From the human T2T-CHM13v2.0 reference genome, Homo sapiens: 64,000 nucleotides of DNA. The notes under the pieces were generated by a model. It worked only from the letters and a program-made list of their open reading frames with translations, made no database searches and was not told the origin of the DNA. Below are positions 25,397 to 42,402 of this stretch, piece by piece. Positions within the stretch are counted from its first letter, which is position 1; every line of letters starts with the position of its first letter. A program made the position numbers and the translations under genes. The DNA lies in NCBI RefSeq assembly GCF_009914755.1, contig NC_060925.1, one strand, 5' to 3'.

Positions 25397-26555
25397 TACT
25401 AGGAGGTACCCACAAATGATGGTTCCCAGTCAACAAATATCCATTTCCCTTTTATTAGGGGCAGTGTTACATGACTCTGTGTGAATACTGACAGCATTCA
25501 GAGAGCAATCTGACCTCTGTTCTCCAGAAGCATGCAATCTAGGCATCGGCACAGCACCAAAGCAGAGAAAGAGCATGATGTGTAATTAAGCTTCCAATGC
25601 ATAGTGTGGATGGTGACTCCAGGGGAATTGTTCTTTGGGTTATAACTTCTTTAGTGGGAGAAAGTTCCCACCACACATCTTGGAGATCAGGCTCAGAGAC
25701 ACTAAGTGACTTGTCCAAAGCCATACAACAGGCCAGCAGTGGAGCTCAAGTTAGCTTCAAAAGGGCCTCTGAAGGATTCTGCCAGAAGAGGAGCTGCTTA
25801 ATATGTTAGCATGAGCTTGAAATAATAATAATAAAGATTAATAGTAATGCTAATTTATAGTGAGTATTCACTCTGTATCCAATACTATTATAACCCTTTT
25901 ACATGCTTGATATCATTTCATCTTTGAAATATCCCTGGAGCTAGGTGCTTTACACACATCAACTCTAATTCTTAAAATAGCCCTGTCAGGAGGTACTATT
26001 ACCTCCTTTATACAGGTGAGGAAACTGAGGCCCAAGGAGGCTTAGAGACACACCCAGGATGACACAATTGATAAGCAAGACTTGGAGTAAGAAAAAATGT
26101 TCTAAAAATAACTCTCTGGCAGTAGGTCGTAAGTGTTGGAATGTCACACTGCCTGCTTGCTCAGCAACACGTGCATTCTGTGAGGGTGTGTGGGTGTGTA
26201 TTTGGCTCTGTGCACACATGGGTTATACTCTCTGGCATGGGAAGGAGAATAAAAAGCAAACAAATGAATTGTGTGTCTCCTCCAGGTTCTTTAGTAAACA
26301 GACATGGCTCAGGGCTTCTGCCATCAACCTAGGGACAGACCTGACTTCATTTCTTCTTGGGTCCCTGCTTTCCAGGCTCTGTGCTAGGTCCTCGGATTTA
26401 GGTGAATCAGAAATGACAGTGCCCTAGAGATTCTTCCATCCATGTGAGTCAGAGAGCTATGGAGTATGGACCATGGGCTTACATTCACTAGCCTGCCAGA
26501 GCAGCCTGGAACCCCACTTAGGAAACTGGGTCATTGTTCAGTGTTTCAGCCCTGA

Positions 26556-26954
<399 letters not shown>

Positions 26955-27747
26955 TAGCTTTGTTTTTAAAAGTCGTCTCCAATAGGGATCATTTTAGACT
27001 CTGCAAATGGCTGTGGATTCTGAAAAATTATTCCTGGTACTCCTTGACCCCACACCTGATGCCTGTCCCAGGCCTGACCTTCTGTTGGGCTCCAAAAGAA
27101 CAGCTTCTGAATTTACATTGTAATTTTATCCTTTTACTAAGAACTGCTTCAGTGAAGTTGCATTTGGTCCAGCTCTGTCACATTAATCAGGAACAAAGAA
27201 AATTAGTACCTTCAAAAGAGAAATACGTTTACCAAAGTTTTGGATTGATGTTCAAATTACATTGAGAACCTTCAGTAAAAAGTGATCCAAAATGGAATGT
27301 GAGGGTTTGGTATCACACCCACTAAACCTTTCGGAGTGTTGGGACACCTGTTTGCGTTTTGACCTAAATGTCAGGAGTAGGATTAAACAAGCGTTCACTG
27401 CTGGCTCTGCCTCCAGAAGCTCCTGTCTCATGGGGGACACAGACATGCAAAGGACCAACTCTAAAGCAGTGGGACAGGGCAGTCATGGGGCTGCAGAGGT
27501 TTCTGTTTGATATTGGGGTTGGGGAGATAGGGAGCTGTGCAAGGTTTGAGTGAGCAAAAGATCTGATCAAAGTAAAGTTCCAAGAAAGTTCATCTGTCAA
27601 CGACGTGCCACATAGAATGTTTGACAGATGAAACCAGAGCTTGCAGGCTGCTGTGGTAGGTTTTTGTCAGCCTTAGACATTGGTTTTCATCAGCTCTATT
27701 AGGAGCCTTATCCACTCATTTTTAAAGCAAAACATGCTTCTTTGTAA

Positions 27748-28224
<477 letters not shown>

Positions 28225-29329
28225 TAAAATATGATTTTAAATGAAATATTTCCAGAGGACAGGTATTGTGAGTGATTGCAGCACTGGATCTGGGATGAAG
28301 GGGTAAAAGAGCTGCTCCTGCCACTCTGAGCAAATCTATGAGAGTTAGCACTCAGGCAGGCAGCCGGTGAGAGAATAAGAAAGACACTTAGCCATGAGGC
28401 AGTGGCCCAATTCTGGAGGGAGCAGGAGTAGAGAAGGGGAAGGTGTGTGAGGGAAGGCTTTTCAGAAGGAAACACCTTCCTTCTCTGGGAAGGAGAGTGA
28501 GCTCCTTCATTTCCACCTCTTCCTGTTGTGATGCTGCTTAACCACTTCTCCATTTTCGCTTTATTCTTCTAATACCACTAACAGTGCCTCCGGGGGTCTT
28601 TCCACACTTGAGCTTTGCAGGTTCCAGTTTGCCCCTCCCACTTCTTTCTCTTGCCAGGGGTCGTCAGGGAGCTGCGCCTCCCCCTCTCCTCCCTGCATCC
28701 ACCTGCCTTGCTAAGGGCCTCCATTCCGCTGAGGCATCTTTTCTTTGCATTCGGCATAAGCAATTATTTCTCCTATCACTGCTCTTAATGCTTCCTGGAG
28801 AGTTAGCAGATCATTTTTTGCTGATGGATATCACCCCACACAGAAATGATGGACTGCCTCCCTCAGTCTTGTTAATAGTAAAAAGGCATTTTCTCTCCTC
28901 CTCCATTACCGCTAGTCACAACCTGGGCGAGAATGCTTCTCTGCCAAGGTCAGCAGGGGCGGCTGGATCACTGAATCCCCAGGGAGCCAAGAGAGAGCAC
29001 GTGGCAATGCCAGCAGAAACCAGAGACACGTTTACCCCAGTTGTGCTAGCAGCCCTCTCTTGTGGGAGATTTTATTTGGCTGCTCTGCTTCCCAGTGCCC
29101 TGTTCACTTCCTTTGAGTGAATAATTTCAAATACAAGGATAGGAGTTGGAGAAATGGAAATACAATTCCCCTCTTCTCTCTGCTCAGTGAAGGTGATACG
29201 TTCCCAGTATCTTGAAGTTCATTCATAGTGTCCTGTGTCCACATCTAAAAAGGAAATTAGACCGGTATGGGTTGGGAAGGCACAGGTTTTCAGAAGTACA
29301 TGGAATGGGGTCTGGGGGTTTTAGCTGTC

Positions 29330-29520
29330 TTCAAGTGTAAAAGAAGCCAACAATGTGATGTGAGCTGCTTCAAAAAAAAAAAAAAAAATCAGCACAACTT
29401 TAGTTGTGTTGGGAGAATTATGGACTCCATATCACAGAAAATAGTGGTCCTTTCTTGTCCACTCTGGTCAGCCCATCCTAGTGTCTTATGTCCCATTCTC
29501 GGCTTCATATTTTAAAAGAT
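29330..29520 (+). mobile_element. L3/CR1 LINE remnant
   Basis: caatgtgatgt..gtggtcctt..ctctggtcagcccatc..tgtcccattct..cttcatattttaa. Confidence 0.55.
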
Positions 29521-29865
29521 TGTCTAAAGGTGAATGACAAAGATGGGAAAGAAGTCTCTGCACCCACCCACAGATTCACCTCACAATGGTTGCTTTTCTA
29601 TTCTCTAGGAAAGAAAATTCTGCAGTGACCCTGAGGCATTAGTTTGATCCTATATTTCAAGAATCTGGGAAGAGAACCTGTGTAGCTATCAGAGTAGAAT
29701 GTTTGCCTTGGGTGGTAATGAGGCTCCGATCATCGGAAGCATTCAGATGAACTCATAAGGGATGATGTAGACAGGATTTCAGTCCCACAGTGGAGTCTGA
29801 CTAAATGATCCTAAAGGTCCCTTCTAGCTCTAAGATGCTATAATTTTGTGTTATTTCTGATTGTA

Positions 29866-30084
29866 GAGCTGCTCTGTCCAGCATAGTAGCCACTAGCAAT
29901 ATATGGCTATTTATATTTGAATTTAAATTAATTAAAATTTAATAAAATTCAAAGTTCAGTTTCTTAGTCACACTAGGCATGTTTGAAGTGCTCAGTAGCC
30001 ACTTGTAGCTAATGGCTACCTATATTAGACAGCACAGATAGAGAACATTTTCCTGATCCCAGAAAATTCTGTGGGACAGTGCTG
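29866..30084. mobile_element. MER3-type hAT-Charlie element
   Basis: ctgtccagcatagtagccactagc..aaattaattaaaatt..gtgctcagtagccacttgtagctaatggctacc..ggacagtgctg. Confidence 0.85.
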
Positions 30085-32786
30085 GCCTAAAACATCAGTG
30101 GCCCTGCGGATTAAAGACTCATTTCTCCATGGTGCTCCTGCAGCCTCTGGGCAGGATGGCTGGTCTGTCAGTGATCATAGAGCACCACACTCCTCTTCCT
30201 TCTCCCCTTTTGTCCATTCAAAAGAGCTCTGAGTTCAGATGGAAAGTCAAGTTCCAGCTCTGTCAAAAACTGCTAAGGATGACCTTGGGCAACTTACTTT
30301 ACTTCTTTGGACTGGTTTCCTCATCTGCAAAATGATTTTTTCCAGTTCCAACAGTATAACTAACAAATTATAGTGTGATCTTTCTGGCTTGGTAACCTTT
30401 CAGGGAAAGTAACAGTTTGTGCCAAGCACACGGCTTTTATTTCACTGTCTGGATTAGTGTGCCATAGTGGAAACATCCCAGAACATGGAATTATATCCCA
30501 GTTTGTCTCTTAGTTCAGCTGTGTGACCTTGGATAAGTACTTGATCTCACTGAGCCAGAGTTTGTCATCTGGAAAATGGAACTAATGATATCTTACTTGT
30601 AGGGAATCGTAGCTTACAGTGGATGCTCAAGAAATGCTCCCCAGGATGAAGATGATGGTGAATGGTGCTATCCCTAAAGTGAACATTACATGAGGAGAGG
30701 GGGGGACTTTTTTCCATCTACATGTTTCAGTGATGAGTAAGGGAGTAAAGAATGAGTCTGAATTTTACTAAGATTCGGGCAACATATATAAAAAGCTTTG
30801 TATAGGGGAAAGTATTATGAAGCTTCCAGCTGGCCACAGTAATCGTATCAGTCTTTTATAAAGCAGGAGCCAGGAGTTGCAGTCTAGTGAAGAGACTGAA
30901 TCTGGGGCCCTGAGCCCAAGACCAGATATTCCACTAACCAGGCCATGAGACCTTTACACAGCTCTCCCTTCTGAAGGCCACTAGATAGACAGAGAGAACT
31001 TAGTACGTACTAAGTATGCCTCTTTGATAATTTGATAGATATTTTAAAAGAAGTTGCAAGACACATGAATCTATCGTCACATCTTTTCTATTCTTTAAAA
31101 GAAATACTTGTCTGGCCTACTAGGTGCCAGACACCCTTATGATATTCGTAGATACCCTTTAACTGCATGATTCTTTCTGGCTTCTTCATCACATCAGAGT
31201 CAGCTCTTAGAAAAGAAGCTAAAATCCGCGGCATAAAGTATATGATACATTTCATTTCACTTGAGAGAGCATTTTTTTTTGAGCTCTTGCCCTGATAAAG
31301 CTTTGAGACTAGGTGCCACAGGGGTCTATGGAGATCACCAGAATGCTCAGACTCATAGGGCAGGTAAGGTGTTATCACACTTGTAGTGCCTGGGATCTGG
31401 GATCAGGATGCCTGTAGTGGGAGGTAGGGTAAGTGTAACTATTGCCACTGAAATATACTGCTGTGTATCTTCTGTGGAGTCAAAGGAGAGGAGAGTCATT
31501 TGTGCCTGGGACTCGTGGAGGAGGTGGCATTCAGTATGGGCTTAGAAAGATGGGCAGGAGTTTATTCTGCCATGATGGTGAACAAACAGCAAAACAAAGA
31601 CATAGAAATAGAAATTTTCGGGACATATTCAGAAAACTGTGACATGTTTTTGTCTGAACTGGAGCATAGGGTGCATGAAGGGGTTGGCAGGAGATGAGAG
31701 GTTGGGCCAGATTCCAGAGGGCTTTGAATGCCCAGGTAAGGGGTTTAGACTCCCATCACAAAATGGCACAATCGGAACTCATTAGAACCATTTCCATGAA
31801 GTTTCACCTCTGATAAAAGAATAGCACGTATCAGGTGGCAGGTAGGGGAAGTGTAAAGAGTGGTGCTACATAAGCAGATGCCTGTCCTGCCTGTGAACAG
31901 GCCTACAGCCACAGGCACAGAGGTAAACTGATCCTCACAATCAAAGCTGCGGTTTCCAGGAACCAGTTGGCTTCTTTCTTCTGTCCCTGCTCCTAGAGGT
32001 GGGATTGTAGGTCCTTGAGAGGATTTGTTCCTAGAAGGCCCTGGCAGCATCAGAATCTGTTCCCTGATTCCATTCTCCTCATCTCCCCAGGGACTTGTCT
32101 GCTCTGGGGAGTTTGTATGCACTCAGAGAAAAGGGTGTTACAACAGATTGGGGAAAATCTGCAGCCTGATCTTCTGAAATGATTGGTTTGTGTGTGTGTG
32201 TCTCCTCTGCTAGACTAATAGTCCTACATGTCAGGGACTGTTGTATTCATCTCTACACCCTTGGTGTCTAGCATAAGGCCTGATTATACAGCAAGTGTAT
32301 CAAAGCCATTGTTTATTGAGCATTTACTGTGTGCCAGGCATTGTGCCTAGAAGTCTTAAATGCATTTTCTTGTTTAACCCTCAAACAGCTCTGTAACAGA
32401 GCTTCTAAACTATGTATTCAAGTGATGCAGCTCAGAAAGGTTAAGTGACTCACCCCATAGTCACACAGCTAATAACGGTCAGGTTTCAAGTCCACATCTC
32501 TCCAACCCCAAAGCACTTGCTCTTAATTGCTGCCTCCTTTTCATTCTAGAGCAGGTGCTCACTTTCAGTTAAAGTAACATAAACAAGAACTTCTTTGGAG
32601 TGATTTGTCTCAAAATATAGTTACCCAATACTCTAACTAGCACCTATCAATGAGACCCATAGGATAAGGGGTGGTAAGGACAGAAAAGATGGCCCTGGGG
32701 TGTGAAGCTAGAATAATAATAGAAGAATGGAAGCTACAGGGGAGACAGATGTGAACTCAGTAGAAGGAAAAACTTTTCAACAATTA

Positions 32787-33086
<300 letters not shown>

Positions 33087-36000
33087 TCATGGCCAGCAAT
33101 AGTGTAGGATGCCTCATGAGGTGGTGAGCTTCCTGTCCTTGGAAATGTATACATTGAATGGTCGGCTGTCTTGGATCATGCCATGAACTTTTGGGGCCAC
33201 TTCCAGCACCAAATTTCTGTGAAGCAGATTTCAGGAATATAACTTTCTGCTGAGTTCCCCATTGCCACTGTATGTCACCTTTATGTGACACTTACTATGT
33301 CTCCACTTACTATGAACCACAGTTATAGAAATTTGCAGTTTTGTGAACAGAATGCCTGGCTCATGAAAAAAATCCAGTCAATGATAGAGGCCACGTCATT
33401 ACTCTAATCCACAGGGGCCCAACAAATGGCGTTGCTGTTTTCCACATCCAAGTTCTAAACCAATTGAGAAGTAAGACAAAAGAGAAAAGTGTATGGAATC
33501 CTAAGGTCATCTTTATTGCCAATTAAGGCCTGGATGGGTTGCATGGACACAGTGGGCTCCATAACACTGAACTTTACACTTTGACAGACTGACACACCCT
33601 GTCACAAGTGCTCTAGACCCCACAGGCCGAGAGCAGAGCCTGCCCCCATAAGACTGAGAGCCTGGAACAGAATGTGTGCTTCCAGCTGGCGTCTGGCTCC
33701 CAGAAGGGAAGAAGCAGGCAGCATTTGAGCCTCACATGCCCATTTCTTTTATTGAAGCCTCCATTCAGAGGAGTCACTTCTTTTCCCTGGGGAAGAGTGG
33801 ATGAAGGGATAGCAATAGGCCTGGTCTGTTGCTGCAGGGGGTTCTCTCCACATGGAAGGAAACACTGGGAGTGGGAAATGAGTATCTCCCTGTTGGAAGC
33901 AGCCCTCTGTATTGCATGCTTCATTTGTTTACTTTCCTTTCCAGACTGGGATTCGTGAAGCAGAGACATTCCCAACACCCATCCCAGGGCCTGGCACATA
34001 GTAGATGTTTAGGAAGGGGAGGAATGAATGAACTCCCATCTTCTAATGCCAGTGTTTTTCTAAAGGAGCAATTTTCTGGGGCTAAAAAGGATGCCTTTTC
34101 CCTCTCATTTTATCCTCCTCATTGCACCCAACATGCCTTTATCGTGTTTTCCATGTCCTCTCCCTTTTCTGTATTATGGAGGACAGACAAGGAGTGAGGT
34201 ATTGCTGGATGATTCAGGGAACATTCTTCCTCAGGTCATGCTGTTCTTCCCACCCTGCCCAGGCCAAGCCCTGTGTATGAACAGGTAAAGGGAGTTGTGG
34301 GTGCTGCATGGGAAGAGGCAGCCCTCAGCCCTCGTCCTGATGCCCCATCTGTGATGAATGACAACGCCTGCTTTACCCACCTTGGTGAGACTTGCTGAGA
34401 GCAGAATTGGGAAGTCACTTTGGAAAGTGGAAAGTACTTTGTCGGCATAAAGCAGTGGGATCTGTGGAAATGTGTTAGAGGACATTCATGTCAGTAAAGT
34501 GGTAAAAGATGGTCCAGACCCCACCAGGGTGGCAGAGGAGGGCAGTGCCTCTACAGGCATTCCCTGGTAGTGTTCCACATGTTTTTTTTGTTTGTTTTTT
34601 GGGGGTTTTTTTCCGGTGAAATTGGAGGGTATGTCCCAATGGGAGCTAGATTCCCAGGCTGGCCCACAAAAGCCTGTATGACTCATCACATAATAATATG
34701 TGTAAGTATCTACTAAGTTCTAGGTATGTGCTAGACAAATATATCAACTCAGTTCTTACAATAACCCATCAAAGGATAATTGACCCCCTTTTTACGAGCA
34801 AAGATGTTGAGACTTATCAAGATCAAATTACTTGCCTAAGGTCATGCAGCTAGTGAGTACTGGAGCTGACCCACAGTCAGGGATCATAAGCATGATGCTA
34901 TAGCATCCTTCTGGTGGAGGATGGGAAGACTGTGAGCACCAGGGATGGGGAGAGCTGAGGAGCTTGGAGGGACTTCAGATCTTCCATAGAGATCATCTGT
35001 AAAGTCAGCTGCTTACAGTCACCTGGCTTTGAGCCACCCCTACCCAGAGAGAGGAGTGGCTTCTTCACTCCCAGCCCTTTCTGAGTTCCAGAAGGAGGTC
35101 AGTGCTGGCCTAGAGATGCCAGTCTTGTCTTCAGAGATTCTGGATGAATGAAGCAAACAGGATCCTGACTGAGGCAAGGGGGGTTCTCCAGGGCGCTGGC
35201 TCCAGTGTTGGAAGCCCTGTGACTCCAGGCCACTGGCCCAGGGGCATTAATATGCCATCAATGCTGACCCTGAAAATTGGCAATTTTTTGGAAATCTTTC
35301 AGCCTAACCAAGGGCCTGACCACTGTAGTCATTCAGTTAGAATTTAATACATGTATATGGAAAGTTGAAAATTTTAGATACTAGGATGAACATTTGGATA
35401 TTCAATGCAGGAAGATCTTTTTTCTGTCATTTTTGTTTATCCATACGCCACAGGTTTCATGGACAGGAAACTGAGAGAACAATAGACTTAAGGTTCCATA
35501 TAGGTGAGAAATACTAAACAGGAATTAGACTTGGTAGAGAATGATTGATGTGCTGTTCACCTTTGGGATTTGTTGCTGCCTTTGGGGATTTAGGGTCTGT
35601 CTCTGGAGATGTGTTGCAGTAATTCTCCCTAGCTGAGATTCTACCTATGTTGGAATCAACTTTTGGGGAAATGGTTTTTGTTGTGTCACCAACTTTCAAG
35701 TGCCAGCTCCTCTTCCCTGGCAGGGTTCACCCTGTTCCCTCTGTACCCTAGCTCTGGCTGTGCAGAACTAATGGGAGTTAAGGTCATGACTATCCATTAT
35801 GCATTTATTGGGTGCCAGGTACTGTGCTAAGCCCTTGATCTTCATCACCTCATTTGTCCTCGTGACAGAGGAAGGCTATTATCAGGCCACCATTACCTGA
35901 CTCCACCACCACCTTTCTCACCACCAGTCTCAGCTCAGCTGTGTCTCCTTCCCGGCCCTTTTAACCTTTGATTAATCTCTCCCTCCTCTGTGTTTTAGTC

Positions 36001-37489
36001 ACACTCATATGTATCCCTGGCATAACACACACATCTTGTGGCACTGTGATAATTGGTCTGTATGTTTACTCATCCATTCTTTTGTTCAACACATTTTATT
36101 GAGTGCCTCTTATGTGTTGTCTGTTGCCCTCTTTGGACTTGGAGTTCCTTTACAGCAAGAGACTATGCCTTGTTCTTGCTGTGTTGCCAACACATACCAC
36201 TGTACCTGGCTCATAGTAGATCCTCAGGAAATATTTGCTAAGAGAAGGCCTCTATGTGAGGTCTAGTCCTAGAACAATCTTCTTTCAGTCCTTCCAGCCC
36301 CAGGCATTGGAAAATGGGAAATATGTCCCTTAGCTCTTAGCTTGGTGGAGAAACACAGCTGGGATTCTGGGTGCCTGACTCTCAGTGGTCCACCTTACTG
36401 GAGTTACAGTTAACTCCAAAGAGCCAATAATATCAACATCATTTCTCATGAGCTGTGGGTGTTTATTCATTTTTTCAGTAGGTGTTGAACACTTTATAGG
36501 TATCAGGCTATGTGCTGGGAGCTAGAGTCACAGAGTTGAATAGGACACACACACACACAAGACCTACAACCTAAAGAGATCATCAGCCTAGATGGAGAGG
36601 TGGTCAGTTAAGGTTGAAACGGGTTAAGTACCATGGTTCATTGAGAACACTGCTGGGGAGATTTTTAGGAGAAGGTGAGATTAGAGAAAGCTGCCTAGAG
36701 AAGATGTCATTTGATCTGAGCCCTGAAGAAGAGTAGGATTTGGACTTGAGGAAGTAGGTATAAAAAAAATGTCTGTATGAGCAAAGGTATAAAGGTGGTA
36801 GGTTGTGTTTTGAGGGAGCACAAATGTCATTCGGATAATTAATTTGTCAGTAATTGGCAAGGTGAAACAAGGGTGACCCTCATTGCCATGGGCATATCAC
36901 TATGATGTTTTTATTTCCTTCTTCCACTTCTTCCTCTTACTCAAAAAATAGTTCTGCTATTGACACACTTTGTCCCTTAAAGAACAGGGGTGGGAGAACC
37001 TTCTGTGGAGTGAAGCCCTGTCCAGACAGTCACATGGGGTTCTTAGTCCTTCAGCCCACACTGCAAATGCACACACTGGGACCCCCTATATAAAGGCCCC
37101 TCTACATCTCAGCCATGTGCTGAGAAGGAGCCCACAGAGGCCTCCCAGCCCACCCGTGAGTTTCTAGAAGATGGAGATACTGAAGGCAGCTGCCTCACTC
37201 CATCAGCAGGAGGAGGCCAGGGAGGCAGATTAGTCACTCACATCATTTTATCTGTTGAGTCAACATCTATTTTTAGGCATGGAACCCATAAAGGGACCTG
37301 GCATGTCTGTCATGGAAAGGGGGAGAGTGCCATGGATGAGGGTTCTGCTCATCCTTCATCTTCTTTGCTAGACCCATTCTCTCCCCTGAAGGTCACAGAA
37401 GCAGGGTCCACATTACTGCTGGAGGTTTAGGTCTTAATGTCAAAGGTCTGGTTTAATGTGTTCAATTCCTTTTGCACACATGCTTTTGT

Positions 37490-37492
37490 GTG

Positions 37493-37541
<49 letters not shown>
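37490..37541. repeat. (CA)n microsatellite, ~22 units
   Basis: Read directly. Confidence 0.96.
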
Positions 37542-37544
<3 letters not shown>

Positions 37545-38742
37545 CACCCCTACAGTCTTAATAGGTCTTATGAATCAGTTGTATGGATTAAATAGAACTT
37601 CCAACTGAAAAACGCTAAGGCATATAGGTCTCTTCCTGTCCAACGTTGTCAGATGTGCTCTGAAATGACTGTTTTCATCATCTATTCTGAGCCATAACCA
37701 CCCCAGAAATAGCTTTAGCAGGAAAGTGCTTTTGTTAGACTAGCTGTAAATTATATTTCAAATGTCTGATGTTGTTTTCTTAAAAAATAAATAAATAAGT
37801 AAATGAAAGTCTAAAATTAATGACTGCTGGGGTTTGCTTTGCTTATGTGTACTGCTACAGATTTGGCTTCTTGCAGATGGAATTTCAGATCTGTTTACAC
37901 TTCTGTGTTAGCTTTTGGGGGGAAGAAAAGCAGTTGAGAGATCTGGGAGGACAAATTTACAAAGTCGAACTTATTATAACCATTGGTGAGGCTCTCTTCT
38001 CTCTCTCTACTGCCCTTTCCCTCCCTCCTTTCCATCTTGCCCCCATTTTATTTGTTGTGGTTTTTATCTGCCCTGCTTCAAAGTTAGAGGCGACTGGTCC
38101 TTGCAGATGTGACGACAAGGTCACATATCCAGTTTCGCAAGCAGATGTTCATTCAGCCCTATTTCACCAGCACTTTGTCATTTGGTGAGAGCAGACCTCA
38201 TGGGAACAGACTGGAGCAACACAAAGGATGGAACATAAAAAAATCTTGCAGAGAACCTGATTGCTTTTATGTATTCAGGAAGAAGGGGATGGGGGTAGGG
38301 AGGGTGGCAAGGAGAGAAATGTGCAGAGCAGAATTTCATGAGGTTTTTTTTTTTTTTTCTGGTTTATTCAAAGATTATTATGTGTTGGATACAGTAAATC
38401 ATCTATACACCCACTTCCAGGAGGTAAATCTTCAGAACTCCATGTGTGGGTAGCTCTGCATTTAACAGCTGCCATACAGTAGCTATTTTGTTCTGCACTT
38501 AGAGACCCTTATCTGTGCATTTGTTTTAAGTTATTGTCAACTCTCCTGTTGTTCCTCTATTGTTGTTCTCCTGGTTCTCATTACTATTACAAGGGTAGCT
38601 AAAAATCTGAACTACTGAGTGATTTAAACTGACACCATGAGTTGTAACGGTAGATGAGGGGCTGTCATCTTGGTTGTGGACTCAGCATCTACTCTGAGGG
38701 TGATTGCCTATAATGGAATTAGCTCCTCTTGCCTTTTCCTAG

Positions 38743-38898
<156 letters not shown>

Positions 38899-40392
38899 TA
38901 AGTGTTTCTTTGTAATTTCTTTCCTTGTATATCAATGTCATCAGCCCTGTTACTCATAAGAGCAGAAGGCTGATGGCTGCTTAAAGCAGATGATATGGAT
39001 CATGAATAGACAGATTTTTGACTTGGAAGAAAGACTTCTTATCGGTCAACTGCCCAAATTTAAAATGGGCCATCTTGGGAGGTAGGAGTTCTCCATCATG
39101 GGACTTGTTTTAGCAGCAGCTAAACTACTTGCCAGGGTTGTAAAAAGGATTCAGGCATCAGGCTGAGAGTGGAACTGTATGACCTTCAAAGTCTGATTCA
39201 GCCCTCAACCAAATAACATTACTTTTGTATGTGAAAAGAACCTGTATGCATAGCTGTAACTCCAATTCATAGCATTATAGAGTTAGAAGGAATTGTCCCA
39301 TTTCACACTTGAGGAAACAGGTTGAAAGTGGGGGATCTGACTCCCCAAAGCTAGTTAGTAGCAGTACAAGGATCTGAACCGAGGATCTGGTACTGGTGTT
39401 CTTTGTCCATAATAAAGAAAGGCAGCCACCACCTCTCAGTAAGAAATGTCAGGTACTCTGGGTTGCACTTTTAATGACAAGGTGTTTTCGCCTACCTCCA
39501 ATTTGATTCCAATTTAGAACTCACCCCCTGAGAATAGTTTAGCACGTTTATCATGTGATTCATGAGACAAACCTTCACAGAAGTCTGCTCTGCCCTAGAC
39601 ATTGTGCAGAGGGACCCTGGAGACCAAGAAAGAAGCAGGCACTGCCCCACCCTTACAGGACTCCAGTGTGGAGTCCAAATACTTGCTAGAAGCTGTCAAG
39701 TGCCCCTGAGAGCTCAGGAGAAGGTGTGCCATGCCTGGTGGGAATTGCTAGGAGGGCCCCATTGAGGAGGCAATGTTTGAATAGGAGTTTGGAGGATGTT
39801 TCAGAGGTATCCAGCAAAAAGGAGGGACAGAGCAGTGTAAGTGGAGAGGAGAGCATATCCCAAGGCATGGAATCGAGGAAGAACAGTCTATTCGAGGAGG
39901 ATCAGGCAGTTCAGGGTGGCTGGTGTGAGCCTCAATAGGGAATTTGGGGCCAGATTGCCAGAGGCATTGAATGCTGTGCCAAGAAGTCTGGACTTTATCT
40001 GGGTGCAGAATGGAGCCATGGAAGGGTATTTTGTAGGTTTTGTTTGTTTTTCATTTTAGAATGGGAGTCAGTGAAGAATAGGTACTATGCACAAGGTACA
40101 AAATTCAAAAAGTACAAAAGAGATACAGAAGATGTTTTTAAAGCATATCATGTGGTCAGAGTTCACTTTTCAAATAGATTGCACACTAGCTACATGTGGA
40201 GGACACATGAGAAGACTAGAAACTGGACAGTGAGTGATCAGTTATAGTAACTTTTGGGAGGTGATGATGGGGCAGAGCAGTGGTAGAGGACTAGAGGGGC
40301 CAGATGCAAGAGAGCCCTGTGTTCTGTGGCTGGGAGGCATCAGTCCAGAGCCATGATAGCAGGAATGCAGGTAAACGTGTTTTGATTGGTGA

Positions 40393-40761
<369 letters not shown>

Positions 40762-42402
40762 TAGGCATGCCCAAAGAGGAAGAAGCCCTGCTACAGGGGT
40801 TCATAGCTGGGCAAGAGCCAGGGAAGCCCATGGTCCTGACAAATGGGGCAAGGGTAAAAGCTTCCACCCCCAGGAATCACTGTGCAAAACTCCCCCCGAG
40901 CCTCAGTTTCCATTCCTGTAAAATGAGACAGTTGGAGCAGATGCCCTTCTAAGCCCTCTTCCAATTTACTACTGTGACTGTATAAACTTCAGATTCTTTG
41001 GTAGAAACAAAATGTCTGTATTTAACCAAACATGAAGGTTCAGTTTCAACAAGAGTTAATCACAGATCAGTGACCACATTCAGCAGATTAGACTTAAGGC
41101 TGGACAGTGGCTTTTAATAAATTCAAAAAATAGACCATAAGGCAGATCCTTGCCAGAAGGAGTTGTTTTTCCTATCTTCTTTTCCCTCGGCAGGTAACTC
41201 TGTTGAGTTCAGGGGAGGGGGAAGTGCCTTTGGTGTTAACCTTATTATGTTAAGTCAGTAGATTCTGGGAAGATAGGGAGGAAGATCCTGTCCAAGCCTG
41301 ATTAGTGTTTCCTTCAAGTACCCAACCCCCAGGAAGCTCCTGGGGCAGGGGGGCATTGCCCTTCTCCTGGGACTTTTCTAAAAGACAGGTTTCTCTCCAT
41401 GAAGGCAGTATGACCTTGACTGGTCTCTATTATACAAGAGATAAAAATATGTTTGACTTACCCATGATAAATTCTAAACAATTACTTTATTCCACACCAC
41501 AGCCCAGCTTCCCTTTGATGAAAATGTTTTTCTCTTTGAGAAACTTCACATGGGAAATAGTAGGTCCTTCTATCTAGGATAGTATGCTCCATCTGGCTAC
41601 ATGAGGAGAAAAATCATCCTCTTTCGTGTCCTCCTATGCCCTGTGAATTTGAAATGGTTAATGATTTCATGAAGAGTCCAAGTCATCTAATTTTTATTTT
41701 GCTTGAGAGCACATGCAGTATTTATGTAAAAAGCCTCTCCAGCAGACTTCTAATGGTGGAAACTATCGTTACTACTGCCCTATGGTGTGAATAGCTTGTC
41801 CCCAAGTAAGGTAGTGAATGTGAGGAAGATTATAGCGTAATGGCAGTTTGCTGGGAGGTGCTATCAGGCAGTAAACAGTAAGCCACTTTTTAAAAATCTT
41901 AACCTGCAAACTCCCCCTGCCTCCCAAAAATGTGTGTAGTAAGATGATTTAGTTAATGTAGCAAGGCTAACAGAAAAGATCTGTTCTGATACATATTGTG
42001 TGCCTGTGTATTGTTAATCTGGAACAGAGACCTTTATTTACAAGTTTAATTATAGTAAAAAGGTGAACAATTTAAGAAGCCCCCGCTTTGAACAATTTCA
42101 CTACAATATAAAACAAAATCCACACAAATGTTCTGAGAGGTGGGGGGAATGGTATTAATTCAGACCTTGAAAGAAAGGGAGACTCATTAGACACTTGCTT
42201 TAAACTCTAGCAATGACCTGAACATGAATTACTTGCAGTTAGAGACAGAAAAGGGGGAAACTACCGGTGGATAGACTCCTAAGCAGTGGGGAAAGTTGTT
42301 GAGCTTTTCTTCTTTGAAAATGGAGCATTCTTATTAATAGTTCCATTGAGCGATCTTGCCATCTGTGAGGCATTAACCCAGAGACCCTCCTTCTCTTTGC
42401 AG

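Noticed and set aside
28584-29120. 178-aa plus-strand intronic ORF
   Set aside because: Non-ATG start, low-complexity L/S/A/P content, no recognisable homology.
30998-31015. Perfect 18-bp palindrome ACTTAGTACGTACTAAGT
   Set aside because: About 0.25 such palindromes are expected by chance in 64 kb (64000/4^9), and there is no supporting context.
33290-33315. Short direct repeat cacttactatg x2 (similarly gtattactg x2 near 601-620)
   Set aside because: Ordinary slippage micro-duplications with no functional context.
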